DNA of 51,903 bases, counting the filler, from Stramenopiles sp. TOSAG23-2 (lineage: Eukaryota): NCBI GenBank assembly GCA_900128395.1. It is 3 parts of 3 records of this genome, joined end to end, with 100 filler letters (N's around TTAATTAATTAA, not from the genome) between each part and the next. Parts side by side here need not be neighbours in the genome. Positions count along the whole stretch, not along the records: positions 17,366 to 34,604 come from LT649654.1; 2 more parts are not named here. One strand, given 5' to 3'. Each line of letters begins with the position of its first letter. The first letter of the stretch is position 1. The translations under genes were made by a program, and so were the position numbers. This document shows, piece after piece, positions 21,480 through 32,771 of this stretch. Under the pieces are notes generated by a model. It was not told the DNA's origin and made no database searches. It saw only the letters and a program-made list of their open reading frames with translations.

Positions 21480-22421
21480 ATGTCAGATGATGAAGATGAA
21501 GAATACATACCACAAAATGATGCAGATTTCACGAAATTAACTACTGAAGATGCACAAGATGGTGATTTTTATATTTTAGGAACAAAACAATCCAATAAAC
21601 GGAAACTAAATAATAATACTATTGGTAATTCTGTGCTTGATGAAATTAAACAACGTAAACGTGCTAGAAAAGAAAAAGAACAAAACGACAGTGTTGATAG
21701 TTTATGGGCTGGTATGAATGAAACTAGTGGTAGCAGTAAATTAGATCCTTTAGCTGCACTCAATGCTGCAAATAAAAAGAAAAAGAAGAAGAAAAAGAAA
21801 GATAAGAAAAATAATGATAAAAAGAAAAAAAAAATTAAATTATCAAATTTATTACGTGGAATGTCCTCCAACAACAATAATACTAGTGCATTAGTATCTT
21901 CTTCTATATTATCAAGTAGTAATTCTTCTTCATCTACAACGACGACGACGACAACAAAGAAGAAGAATCATCAAGCAATATCACAAGCAGCATTAGCTGC
22001 TGCTAAAGCTGCAAAAAGTATGGAAAAAGTAACTGTTAAAGAAGTTGTCAAATTTGCAAATCAAGTCACAGAAATAACACGTACAGTGGAAGCTGGTACA
22101 GAAGCTGCTAATTCTAGAAATAATAATGATAAAATAAATAACAAAAACAACAAAGTAAATGCATTGGATATGATTATAGATGGTTTAAAAGGACCAAATA
22201 CAGTTAGTACAGTTGAAAAAACTAGTTTTGATTGGGAAAATTATAAAAATGAACATGGTATTACAGAAGATGTGGAGAAATATACTAAGAATGGTTATTT
22301 AACAAAACAAGATTTTTTAAACCGTGTTGATTTACGTCAATTTGAAATGGAGAAAAAAGAAAGAGAAAGACAACGTACTAAACGTGATGCTGAATTAGCA
22401 AGAAGTAAAAAAAGGAGATGA
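21480..22421 (+). CDS. CFDP1: Craniofacial development protein 1 / Swc5 (BCNT-C domain)
   Basis: MSDDEDEEYIP start. STVEKTSFDWENYK..GITEDVEKYTKNGYLTKQDFLNRVDLRQFEMEK. The start region is duplicated 137 nt upstream. Confidence 0.88.
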   Translation: MSDDEDEEYIPQNDADFTKLTTEDAQDGDFYILGTKQSNKRKLNNNTIGNSVLDEIKQRKRARKEKEQNDSVDSLWAGMNETSGSSKLDPLAALNAANKKKKKKKKKDKKNNDKKKKKIKLSNLLRGMSSNNNNTSALVSSSILSSSNSSSSTTTTTTTKKKNHQAISQAALAAAKAAKSMEKVTVKEVVKFANQVTEITRTVEAGTEAANSRNNNDKINNKNNKVNALDMIIDGLKGPNTVSTVEKTSFDWENYKNEHGITEDVEKYTKNGYLTKQDFLNRVDLRQFEMEKKERERQRTKRDAELARSKKRR

Positions 22422-22759
22422 TAAAATAGTTTATATAAAAAGAAATGAATACATATATTATGTACGTGTGTACATATTAATTTCAAATACGACCCGGTCG
22501 TAGTGTATTTTTATATATATCATACAGCACAGCAGAAATAATCATTTTGTACGCTCTCTCCCGTGATCCGTTTTCCCAAATATATCTATAGACAACAGCA
22601 TAAAATATATTTCTCATTATTTAAATAAAAAAATGTGAAAAAAACTTTTTAAATTTAAAAATAATATTATTAACTCTAAAGAACACGAAAATATTATGAG
22701 AGACACCATATTATACAAAATACATGATGTATATATATGTGGATATTTCTTTCCCTTCT

Positions 22760-24160
22760 TTATAATTTACCAACCATATTCTCCGGTACAACTGCTTTAT
22801 CAAATTCTTCACCTGTCATATAACCTAATGCAATAATTGCTTCTCGTAAAGTACTATTTTCATTATATGCTTTTTTTGCGACTTTACTTGCTTTATCATA
22901 ACCAATATATGGATTTAATGCAGTAACAAGCATCAATGAATTACGTAAATTTGTATCTAATTGTTCACGCCTTGGTAAAATACCTACAGCACAATTACGA
23001 TTAAATGCATTCATGGAATCTGCTAATAAACGACATGATTGCAATGCATTGAAAATCATAACTGGTTTGTAAACATTTAATTGAAAGTTACCTTGCGTAC
23101 CAGCTACTGATATAGTTGCATCATTACCTATAACTTGTGTACATACCATTGTCAATGCTTCACATTGTGTTGGATTTACTTTTCCTGGCATAATTGAACT
23201 ACCAGGTTCATTGCTTGGAATTTCTAATTCTTGCAAGCCACTACGTGGACCACTTGCTGACCAACGTATGTCATTCGCAATTTTCATTAAACTGATCGCA
23301 ACACGTTTCAATGCACTACTCATTTCTACCACGGCATCATGGGACGATAATGCTTCAAATTTATTTGGTGCAGTAACAAATGGTAATTTAGTAAATTTAG
23401 CAATTTCATTTGCAACCGTTGTTGCCCAATCTGGATGTGTATTTAATCCTGTACCAACTGCGGTACCACCTAATGCAACTTCATATAACATTGGCAATGC
23501 GTTGTTTATAGAACGTAATCCATTATCCAATTGTTGCACGTAACCAGAAAATTCTTGACCAACAGTTACAGGTGTTGCATCCATTAAATGTGTACGCCCA
23601 ATTTTAACAATATTCATAAATTCATTTGCTTTCTCATGAAAAGTTCCACGTAATGTTTTAATAGCTGGTATAACATGTTTGATCACACTAGTTGCTAATG
23701 ATATATGCATTGCTGTTGGAAAACTATCATTCGATGATTGTGACATATTGACATGATCGTTTGGATGTATAGGTGCTTTGCTACCACGTGGCGTTCCAGC
23801 AAAATCGCTACAACGATTGGAAATAACTTCATTTACATTCATATTTGTTTGCGTGCCAGAACCAGTTTGCCATACAACAAGGGGAAAATGTGTATCTAAT
23901 AATCCACCAATTACTTCATCAGCTGCTTTGGTAATTAAATCACACTTTTCTTTGTCTAATTTGCCAATTTTAAAATTTGCAAGTGCAGCACAACGTTTTA
24001 CAATGGCTTGTGCATGCACTACTTCCAACGGCATTTGTGTCGAACCACGTCCTATATCAAAATTTTCATACGATCGTTGTGTCTGTGCACCCCATAACTT
24101 GGAAGATTCCACTTTAATTTCTCCCATGGAATCATTTTCTGTACGATATGATGTTGCCAT
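22760..24160 (-). CDS. fumC: Fumarate hydratase, class II
   Basis: [48 protein letters not shown] and [11 protein letters not shown] signature. Confidence 0.97.
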   Translation of the reverse strand: MATSYRTENDSMGEIKVESSKLWGAQTQRSYENFDIGRGSTQMPLEVVHAQAIVKRCAALANFKIGKLDKEKCDLITKAADEVIGGLLDTHFPLVVWQTGSGTQTNMNVNEVISNRCSDFAGTPRGSKAPIHPNDHVNMSQSSNDSFPTAMHISLATSVIKHVIPAIKTLRGTFHEKANEFMNIVKIGRTHLMDATPVTVGQEFSGYVQQLDNGLRSINNALPMLYEVALGGTAVGTGLNTHPDWATTVANEIAKFTKLPFVTAPNKFEALSSHDAVVEMSSALKRVAISLMKIANDIRWSASGPRSGLQELEIPSNEPGSSIMPGKVNPTQCEALTMVCTQVIGNDATISVAGTQGNFQLNVYKPVMIFNALQSCRLLADSMNAFNRNCAVGILPRREQLDTNLRNSLMLVTALNPYIGYDKASKVAKKAYNENSTLREAIIALGYMTGEEFDKAVVPENMVGKL

Positions 24161-24503
24161 TGTTTATTTTTTATTAATGTATTCTTTTGTTGTGAATTGT
24201 TTGTATTTTTTTAGTGTTTCTATTGGATTGTTGATAGATTTGTTAGTTAAAAAAAAACGGTGGGTTTTTGGTTGTACATTAACATAATATACTCACATAT
24301 ATATATACAAGTGTGTTCTATATACAGATATATTTTATGTTGGTATAATGACATATCTATGCATATCTTCTAATTATTTTCTGTGAAGAACAAATTTTTT
24401 TTATTTTTCTATAGAAAAAAATTTAATTTTCGTTTTAACACATAGTAAAATTATATTTACGTATATTACGCATAATATAAGGTTATAATTAATCAAAAAA
24501 TAT

Positions 24504-24659
24504 ATTAATAAAAAATAAACAATGGCAACATCATATCGTACAGAAAATGATTCCATGGGAGAAATTAAAGTGGAATCTTCCAAGTTATGGGGTGCACAGA
24601 CACAACGATCGTATGAAAATTTTGATATAGGACGTGGTTCGACACAAATGCCGTTGGAA
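24504..24659 (+). repeat. Inverted 156-bp copy of the fumarase 5' end (24023-24178)
   Basis: Reverse complement encoding [13 protein letters not shown]...QMPLE, then diverges. Confidence 0.92.
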
Positions 24660-24831
24660 CAGTATTAGAATTTACTACTACAGACTGGCAGACATCACGT
24701 ATATGTATACAAAAATCTTTAACAACACTAAAAACAATACCAATATTATAACCATATAACAACAACAACAACATAAACTCCCCTTTCCACACACACACAC
24801 ACACAAAACACAGTAAAAATAGCAACATAAA

Positions 24832-25893
24832 ATGAGTAGTGTAGTATTAAAGCAAGGTATATCCAAAGCAAATAAATTTAGTGTTGTTTTAGGTACAATG
24901 ACATTTGGTTGGAATAAAGCATCAAATGTATGTGATGATGAAGTATCGAAACAAATGATGGAAACATTTGCTACGTCCAATGCGGAACACGTAGAAGTAG
25001 ATACGGCATATTTGTATTCAGATGGCGAGACTGAAAATATAATCGGGCGTGTATTACCATCATTAACAGGAAATTCATCGTCTAAGTTAGAAATTGCTAC
25101 TAAAGTAGCACCTTGGTCTAATTTAATTTCTGGCAAAGGTGGTGTCCATGGTGCAAGTGGTGGTGCAGGTGGATTAAGACCTGATATGATACGTTTACAA
25201 CTTGAAACGTCATTGAAGCGAATGCAAGTGGACAAAGTTCAATTACTATATTTACACGCACCTGATGTTGAAACACCATTAATTGAAACATTAACGGCAA
25301 TTGATCAATTGCACAAAGAAGGTAAATTTATAGAATTAGGTTTATCAAATTTCAGTGCATGGGAAACGGTGGAAGTATGGCATATATGTGATAAAAATGG
25401 ATTTGTGAAACCAACAGTATATCAAGGAATGTATAATGCAATTGCAAGGCAAGTTGAACGCGAACTATTCCCTGCATTGAAACGCCATGGGATTCGATTT
25501 TTATGTTACAATCCATTAGCAGCTGGTTTATTAACTGGTAAACATGATTTTTCAAAAGAACCATCAGATGGAAGATTTAAAAACAATAGCATGTATATGG
25601 ATCGATATTGGAAAAAAGAATATTTTGATGCATTATTAAAAGTCCAACAAGCATGTGATGCAGCAGGGGAAACTTCCCTTGCCAATGTCAGTTTAAGATG
25701 GTTAAAACACCATTCCATGCTTGATCATAAAGTTGGCGATGGTGTTATTATTGGTGCTAGTTCCATGACACATTTAAATGCAAATTTAAAAGCATGTGAT
25801 GATGGAAAACCATTAGCGGATGGTATTGTAAAAGCGTTTGATGATGCATGGGAAATATGTAGAGATGTATGTCCAAAATATTTTAGGCCGTAG
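24832..25893 (+). CDS. Aldo-keto reductase, aflatoxin aldehyde reductase (AKR7)-like
   Basis: LGTMTFG, DTAYLY, IATK, LYLHAPD, LGLSNF, PTVYQGMYN, YNPLAAGLLTGK and IIGASS motifs. Confidence 0.93.
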   Translation: MSSVVLKQGISKANKFSVVLGTMTFGWNKASNVCDDEVSKQMMETFATSNAEHVEVDTAYLYSDGETENIIGRVLPSLTGNSSSKLEIATKVAPWSNLISGKGGVHGASGGAGGLRPDMIRLQLETSLKRMQVDKVQLLYLHAPDVETPLIETLTAIDQLHKEGKFIELGLSNFSAWETVEVWHICDKNGFVKPTVYQGMYNAIARQVERELFPALKRHGIRFLCYNPLAAGLLTGKHDFSKEPSDGRFKNNSMYMDRYWKKEYFDALLKVQQACDAAGETSLANVSLRWLKHHSMLDHKVGDGVIIGASSMTHLNANLKACDDGKPLADGIVKAFDDAWEICRDVCPKYFRP

Positions 25894-25907
25894 AATATCC
25901 ATCATCA

Positions 25908-28235
25908 TCATCGTCTCCTTGGTTGCGTCCAAATAAAACCACCATATGATTGTCTTCCACCTCCTCCCATCATCATCATATTATCATTATCGGTATTAGT
26001 AGTAGTATTATTACTTGAATTATCATCATCATCATCATGATGATGTGATGTGACATTTGCAGCAACTCTACTAAATTCATCCTCATCTTCCGTAGCTTCT
26101 TCTTCATCCTCTGTTACTTCATCATTATCATTTTTATCTATGACTACTGCTACTTTTTTTTTCACTTTCTTTTTTTTCTTTTTTTTCTTTTTCTTCTTTT
26201 TCTTTTTGTCGTCATTATCATTATTGCTGCTTGTACTACTGCCATTATTACGTGCATCATTAGTATGATGCCATGAAACTTTTGCATTGAAACTTCTTTC
26301 TTCTTCGCGACGATTTAATTCTTCTGCTTTTTGATGTTTTCTTAATTGTCTTTCTTTCAAAGTTGCTATTCTACGGTCTAATTTAAGCACTTTATCTTGA
26401 TCTCTTTTACGACTTGCTGCTTCTCGATATCGTTCACGTTCCCGTTGTTGTTCTAATTTCATTTGCTCACGTTGTAATGCTAATTGTCTTTTCCTTTCCT
26501 CGCGTTCTTTTCGTTCTGCTTCTTCGCGTTTTAAAATTTGCTTACGACGAATTTCATCTTGTTCTGCTTTTTTCATTTTATCGTATTTATTACGAATAGC
26601 ACGTGAACTAATTCGACGACCTTCTTTCTCATGTTTTGCAATTTCTTCTTGTTCGAATTTCATAAATTCAGCATCTTCCTCTTCTGTACTATTATTCTTT
26701 TTTTTTCCAAGTCTTTTATCGATAATTTGTCGTCGCAATAAATATACTTCATCTTTTCGTGCTTTGTATCTTTTCCATGCTTCATATTTAAATTCTGTAT
26801 TGACTGATGGATTTAACGGCTGTGTTGGAAATGGTTTATCTAACTCTTCCTTTAAATTCAACGTTTTCTTTTGCCACCATGCAACGTAATGGGGGATACA
26901 TAAACTTTTTTTACCCCACGGTCCTCTTTGCCATCCAGATGTTGAACGTGCACCACAATATCTACACCATGGCAAACCATTTTCTGTTAATTCTACGTAA
27001 ATGCTTGGATCTAAAATTTTTATACAAATACCACTTTCCCAACTTTTTTTATCTGGATACTCTGGAAGTGGCTTTTCCTCTTCCTCTTCTGTTTCTTGTT
27101 GTTCTACTTCAGCAACCGTAGTAGTTGTCGTCGTCGTTGTAGTAGTAGTAGTTGTTGTGGTCGCTGTACTATTATTGTTATTATTGTTGTTGTTATTGCC
27201 ATCTGTCTTTTTCTTCTTTTCTTCTTTTTTTCTTTCTAATTCTCTTCTTCTATCTTCCATTGCTTGTTTCTTTGCTGCAATTTTAATATTATTTTCATAT
27301 TCTACTTGCCTCTCCTTTGCCGCAGCTTCATCGTCTATGATTTTTTTCTCTAATATCTTCTTTTCCTCTACTAATGCTTCAATTTCTTCATTATACACAT
27401 CCTGTAATGCTTTTTCATAATCCTCCTTCTTCTTCTCCACTACTACTTCATCTTCATTATTATTATTGTTATCATCTTCATCATCGTCATTGTTGTTATT
27501 ATTAATATCATCATCATTAGAATCAAAATACTTTTCCATTTCGTATTCAAAAAAATATTTTTCATATGCACTTCTTAATTGATACCCTGCACTACTGACA
27601 AATCGATAACCTAATCGTTCTCGAACTTTTTGCCAATCACGATTATCCACCACTTCATCATATCCACCAAAATAATCCACAGCTTCTTTTAATTCTTTTG
27701 GTTCAATAATTTCACCACTACAACGCATTTTTTTAATAGTTGAATTAGGAAATAAATACATACTTTCATTTCTTGGTGATGATGATTTTTTCCGTTTATT
27801 ACTACCACCATTATTGTCCCTTGCATCTGAATTATTTTCATTTTTTCTTTTCTTACTACTACTACTACTACTATTATTATTATTATTATATTGTTGAGTA
27901 GTAGGTGAAGAAGAAGTTTTTAAGCTTCCATCGTCATCGATTAAAACTTTTTCAACTTTTAAATTGATCCATGATGTTTTCCCATCTGAGTATACGACTT
28001 TATGGTAGACATTTCCTTGTGCTTGTTCACAATCGACAATTGCAGCTGCATGCCATTTTCTATCAAGTGCTTGATAAACTCTAATTTCTTTTCCTACGTT
28101 TTCATTTGCAAGAAGATTTCTACTATAACTATCTGTATCATCAATGGATAAATATGTTTTATTATCATTTCGTAAACGTATTGCACGTACTTTTATTGCC
28201 TTTTTATTATTGTCGTCATGATCATAATAACTCAT
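25908..28235 (-). CDS. Chromatin/transcription factor with Tudor, ARID and atypical GATA-type zinc finger
   Basis: VGKEIRVY..DRKWHAAAIV..HKVVYSDG..WINL (Tudor). GGYDEV..RDWQKV..LG..AGYQLRSAYEKY (ARID). CRYCG..SGWQRGPWG..SLCIPH (GATA-like). Confidence 0.8.
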   Translation of the reverse strand: MSYYDHDDNNKKAIKVRAIRLRNDNKTYLSIDDTDSYSRNLLANENVGKEIRVYQALDRKWHAAAIVDCEQAQGNVYHKVVYSDGKTSWINLKVEKVLIDDDGSLKTSSSPTTQQYNNNNNSSSSSSKKRKNENNSDARDNNGGSNKRKKSSSPRNESMYLFPNSTIKKMRCSGEIIEPKELKEAVDYFGGYDEVVDNRDWQKVRERLGYRFVSSAGYQLRSAYEKYFFEYEMEKYFDSNDDDINNNNNDDDEDDNNNNNEDEVVVEKKKEDYEKALQDVYNEEIEALVEEKKILEKKIIDDEAAAKERQVEYENNIKIAAKKQAMEDRRRELERKKEEKKKKTDGNNNNNNNNNSTATTTTTTTTTTTTTTTVAEVEQQETEEEEEKPLPEYPDKKSWESGICIKILDPSIYVELTENGLPWCRYCGARSTSGWQRGPWGKKSLCIPHYVAWWQKKTLNLKEELDKPFPTQPLNPSVNTEFKYEAWKRYKARKDEVYLLRRQIIDKRLGKKKNNSTEEEDAEFMKFEQEEIAKHEKEGRRISSRAIRNKYDKMKKAEQDEIRRKQILKREEAERKEREERKRQLALQREQMKLEQQRERERYREAASRKRDQDKVLKLDRRIATLKERQLRKHQKAEELNRREEERSFNAKVSWHHTNDARNNGSSTSSNNDNDDKKKKKKKKKKKKKKVKKKVAVVIDKNDNDEVTEDEEEATEDEDEFSRVAANVTSHHHDDDDDNSSNNTTTNTDNDNMMMMGGGGRQSYGGFIWTQPRRR

Positions 28236-28569
28236 TGTTGTTATGTAATAAAATGATATGTTTGTATTATGTAATGTGATGTTGTTGTTATTTAAAGGTG
28301 TATATATCTATCTGTATATCTATATCAACTACTAGTATATATTCATTTCTCAATGTGTTGTGTGTGGCAATGCGTGAATGTCATTGTTGATGCTGTGGTG
28401 TGGTGGTGGAGATGATGAGCGTGTGGGAGTCGCGAATGAAGGATGATAGGGTATTATCAATAGTTGTACTTAGTACTATACTATATTAGAATATATACAT
28501 GGACAGGATAAGAAACACTTTATATACCCACATTCTATATATGGGACAAGATCTTATATGGTACTGGTA

Positions 28570-29604
28570 TTACTTTGAACAAGGACCTGCATTTAATCCA
28601 TAATATCCTGTATGATCACTAGGTTTTAATTGAGTTATCTTTAATGAATCCGAGCAAGATGGATCTTCCCCACTTCCATTGCATACATATGTTGTACCAT
28701 TTGGTGCAATCCAGACTTCATTGCTTATATGATGATAATGAGCACCAAGTGTATTGCCATCAGGAGGTAAATGGGGTACGATATCTGCTTTATTAACAAT
28801 ACGATATGGTTTACTACCAAAAATATCAAAAAGTTGATTAGTAAATGATTGACTAAAATTATGATTACCTGTTCTTGGTTGCCCCATCGTATACATATAT
28901 AATTTTCTTTTCCCCCCATTACTTGTTGTTGTAAATAAACCAGGTGTTTGCGTTTGATTACTCATAAAATCTGCCATCATCAATGTACTTACAGATGCAC
29001 CCATTGAATGTCCACTAATAGCAACTTCATAATCTTTTGTATTTGGATATTTATTAAATACATTATTAATAGCATTTTTTACATCGTTTTTTAAATAATT
29101 CCATGCATCTAAAAAACCATGATGTACATATGCACTTGAACCGTACATTGGATATTGCTTTTGCCAAAATTCGAAATCTAATAACCAATCCTCAAATGAA
29201 CTATCAAGTGTACCACGTATAATAATATATATCGTTTTATGAATATCTGAAATTCCAATTAATGCTAATAAATTTTTATGATCTTTTATTATTAATTGTA
29301 TATTATCTGTTGGTGACGTAAAGAACATATTTTTAACACATCGACTGCAATTCCATGCTGCTAAATGTGATGTCGGACAAAGTACAGCTGCATTTAAATA
29401 CATGAGTGATTTCCCAACACTTGCAGAATAGTTATTGTTGTTGTTTGTATCATCATCAACAACAATATTAAGAATAATTTTCTTTGTCGTTTTATTACTA
29501 TTTACAGGATAAATATATAATAATAATAATGATAATAATATTGTAACTATGTATGTAATCGTTACAGTATATCTTCTTTTTAGAAAGTGGTATTTGTATT
29601 GCAT
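28570..29604 (-). CDS. Secreted class 3 lipase
   Basis: Hydrophobic N-terminus. IRGT, VHHGF, GHSMGA nucleophile elbow, GQPRTGN, DIVPHLP and catalytic DH. Confidence 0.93.
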   Translation of the reverse strand: MQYKYHFLKRRYTVTITYIVTILLSLLLLYIYPVNSNKTTKKIILNIVVDDDTNNNNNYSASVGKSLMYLNAAVLCPTSHLAAWNCSRCVKNMFFTSPTDNIQLIIKDHKNLLALIGISDIHKTIYIIIRGTLDSSFEDWLLDFEFWQKQYPMYGSSAYVHHGFLDAWNYLKNDVKNAINNVFNKYPNTKDYEVAISGHSMGASVSTLMMADFMSNQTQTPGLFTTTSNGGKRKLYMYTMGQPRTGNHNFSQSFTNQLFDIFGSKPYRIVNKADIVPHLPPDGNTLGAHYHHISNEVWIAPNGTTYVCNGSGEDPSCSDSLKITQLKPSDHTGYYGLNAGPCSK

Positions 29605-30321
29605 CCTTTTTTTATTTGAGGTGTATCTAAGTTGTTTATTACGTATACAAGTAGATATGTATTTTAATTGTTTGTATGGGGTAGTGTATGTCTGTACAGT
29701 ATGATATATATATTCTTATGATTTATATGTATATTATTTATTATTATTGTAATGATATATATATTTTGCCCTTATGTATTTTAATTGTTTGTATGGGGTA
29801 GTGTATGTCTGTACAGTATGATATATATTCTTATGATTTATATGTATATTATTTATTATTATTGTAATGATGTATATATATTTTGCCCTTATTACATATA
29901 TACACAGTACCTGGTAAGTACCTGGTAGACTATAATAAAGGCTTCTTCTTGGTATGATGTAATGGTATTAGCATGATAATATGAGTAATGTGGATCCCAG
30001 AGATGGTGCGATGCGCGGATGTCAAAGAGAACGTGCATAGTCGTCTACCAGGCATTTAATACTGGCATACTATACTGCTTTGATATTTTCAAACACATTT
30101 ATATATATTTCATATTTCAAATAATAATATAATATAATATATTAGCAGTTGCTATACTGCCAGACTGTGGTATATATACAATATACATATGTATAAATTA
30201 AAATCAATACAAGAGAGACATATATATATACAACAAATAAACAAACATACTGTACCATACCATACCATACAATACAAAATAACTGACATCATAATACACG
30301 ATATAATAAAACAACAAGATT

Positions 30322-32239
30322 ATGTATAAAAATAAACACCAAGCGGCAATACAAATTCAAAAAATATGGCGTGGTTATTACATAAGAGAAACATATATCA
30401 AAAAAATTAGACGCTTATATGAAAAAATTATATTGCAAATGGAAAATGTTTGTTGCTTACCAGAAGCACTTGTTGAAATTGGATGGAAGCATCGAAATAA
30501 ATTATGTCGTCCTAATTTATCAGCACCGTCATCACCTCCTAAGAAAAGTACTAAAAGTAATACGAACAATAATAATATAGAATCACAAACAACAACAACA
30601 ACAACAACAAAAAGTACTATATCGTCTGAACCAACAAAAAGTTTTGTTGTTAATAATACACAAACCGATGATATGGATAACATAACTGAAAAAAAAGAAG
30701 ACTCCGGACGTAATAATAATGAACAACTAGTAGAAGATAGTTATGAAATTGATAGTTTAAATAATGATGTTGAAAATTTAGAGGATGAACCTTCTGATAA
30801 TAGTTTTTTAATAATTGAAGATGGTGATGATTCAATAGATAATATATTTGAAAATAATCAAACTACAAATTGTGAAAACGAAAATAATAATAAGAAGAAT
30901 GAGAAGAAATATATAAATGAAGATGAGAAAAATTCAGTTGTAATTGTAGCAGAAGAAGTAATTACAACAGATGATGTGATACAAAAAGTGTCAACAAAAG
31001 ATGATAAAGAATGAGAAGAAATATATAAATGAAGATGAGAAAAATTCAGTTGTAATTGTAGCAGAAGAAGTAATTACAACAGATGATGTGATACAAAAAG
31101 TGTCAACAAAAGATGATAAAAAAGAGATTCATGATGATGATGATGATGATAATAGAAATAATAATACATCAATAAATGATGATGAAATTTCATTTGATAA
31201 TGTTGAAATTGAAGTTTCTATAATTAATAGTACATTTGATAATGAAGGAGAAACTACGTTGAGTGTAGACAATACTATACTTGATGAACTACAAGAAGAA
31301 GAAGAAGAAGCAAGTATTGTAGATGACAAGACGACAAATCATAACGAAGAGGAAGAAAAAAATCAACAAGAACAAGACGAAAACGGTGATGATGATGATG
31401 AAGAAATAGAAAATTCAATAAATTATGATGATAGTGAAATTGTACTATATATTGATGAAGATAGTTTAAGTAATAGCGACAATGATGAAAGTAATATAAT
31501 AGAAGATAGTAATCTCGATTTTAATATCAATGATAAGAATTTAGGTAATAATCGTGAAAGAAAGGAAATCAACGATAATAAAAGAACTATGGTTCATGAT
31601 GAAACTGTTGATACAGCATTATATGAACAATCTTTCATCGCTTTTTTAAAAGATATAAACGAACGTGTATCTCCTCAACCAAACGATGATAATAATAATA
31701 ATGATGATGATGATGATGATAATTCAAAAGGATTGAACGACAACAACAACAATGTCAACTCAAAAGGAATACTACTGACAGAAACTACCAATAGCAATGT
31801 GACAAATAATAATACAAAGAAAATTAAAGTAGCATCTATGCCGTGGAATAATGATTCGAGCAAACATATAAATAGTGATTCCAATAAAAAGATTGCTGCA
31901 CAGGATATATCAAAACCTAAAAGTAGTAATAATGATAATGAATTATCAAAAAAACAAATGACTGATGATGATCATGATGATGCTGCCGAGGAAGTAGTAA
32001 TGAAAAAAACAAAAGCTTTTGTCGAAAGTCCATCTAAATCGACGGCAACGACTACTTATTTACAACACGAGACTTCTACAAGTAAGCCTGCCAATAATGG
32101 TACAACTAGCAGCAAAAAATCACCAACTAGAACATCACCCCATCGGCCAACGAATATACATAGAAATGTAAAAATGTTTTCTGGTTCAAGATTTTTAAAA
32201 TTATTAAGCTCTCCAAAGATTATAGATGATGATGAATAA
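30322..32239 (+). CDS. IQ-motif protein (IQCC-like N-terminus) with long acidic low-complexity region; frameshifted by a 112-nt duplication
   Basis: AAIQIQKIWRGYYIR..YEKII..W....CRP. ORFs 30322-31014 and 31001-32239 join when the repeat at 30895/31007 is collapsed. Confidence 0.65.
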
Positions 32240-32611
32240 AATTGCATGTGTGTGTAAGAGAGAGAGAGGGGGCCCCGGCAGCGAATAAGATCTATTTTTA
32301 AAATTATTAAGCTCTCCAAAGATTATAGATGATGATGAATAAAATTGCGTGTGTGTGTAAGAGAGAGAGAGAGAGGGCCGGCAGCGAATAAGATCAACAA
32401 AAACAACACACGGTTTTTATTTTAAAAAGAATCTCAGATATTAAAAAATATGTGTATCATAAATATATAGCACTTCGTAGACAACACTTTTAATATATTA
32501 TACAAACTTCGTACGTCGTAAGAAGTATATATTGGTTTGTAACCAATATATATACATATATTTGGTTTAATTATCTTTTAAGTTATCATATCATATCATA
32601 TGCATATATGA

Positions 32612-32747
32612 TATAATAATTTTACACTTCCCGTGCTAAGTAATATGCTCAATACTCAATCGCAAGAATAATATTATATCCTAAGTATATATATAGTAAA
32701 GCTCTAATGCACCTCTCTGCAAACTAATACTCTACAAGCATGAGTAG
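32612..32747 (-). ncRNA. Candidate structured RNA / dispersed element, copy B
   Basis: Homologous to 19182-19317. Begins ~25 nt after the CWC25 stop codon. Confidence 0.5.
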
Positions 32748-32771
32748 TGTACGAACACACACTTCTCTTTT

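Noticed and set aside
29905-29930. U1 snRNA 5' end (TACCTGG)
   Set aside because: It lacks ATACTTACCTG, the stem-loops and the Sm site. It is treated as a promoter word.
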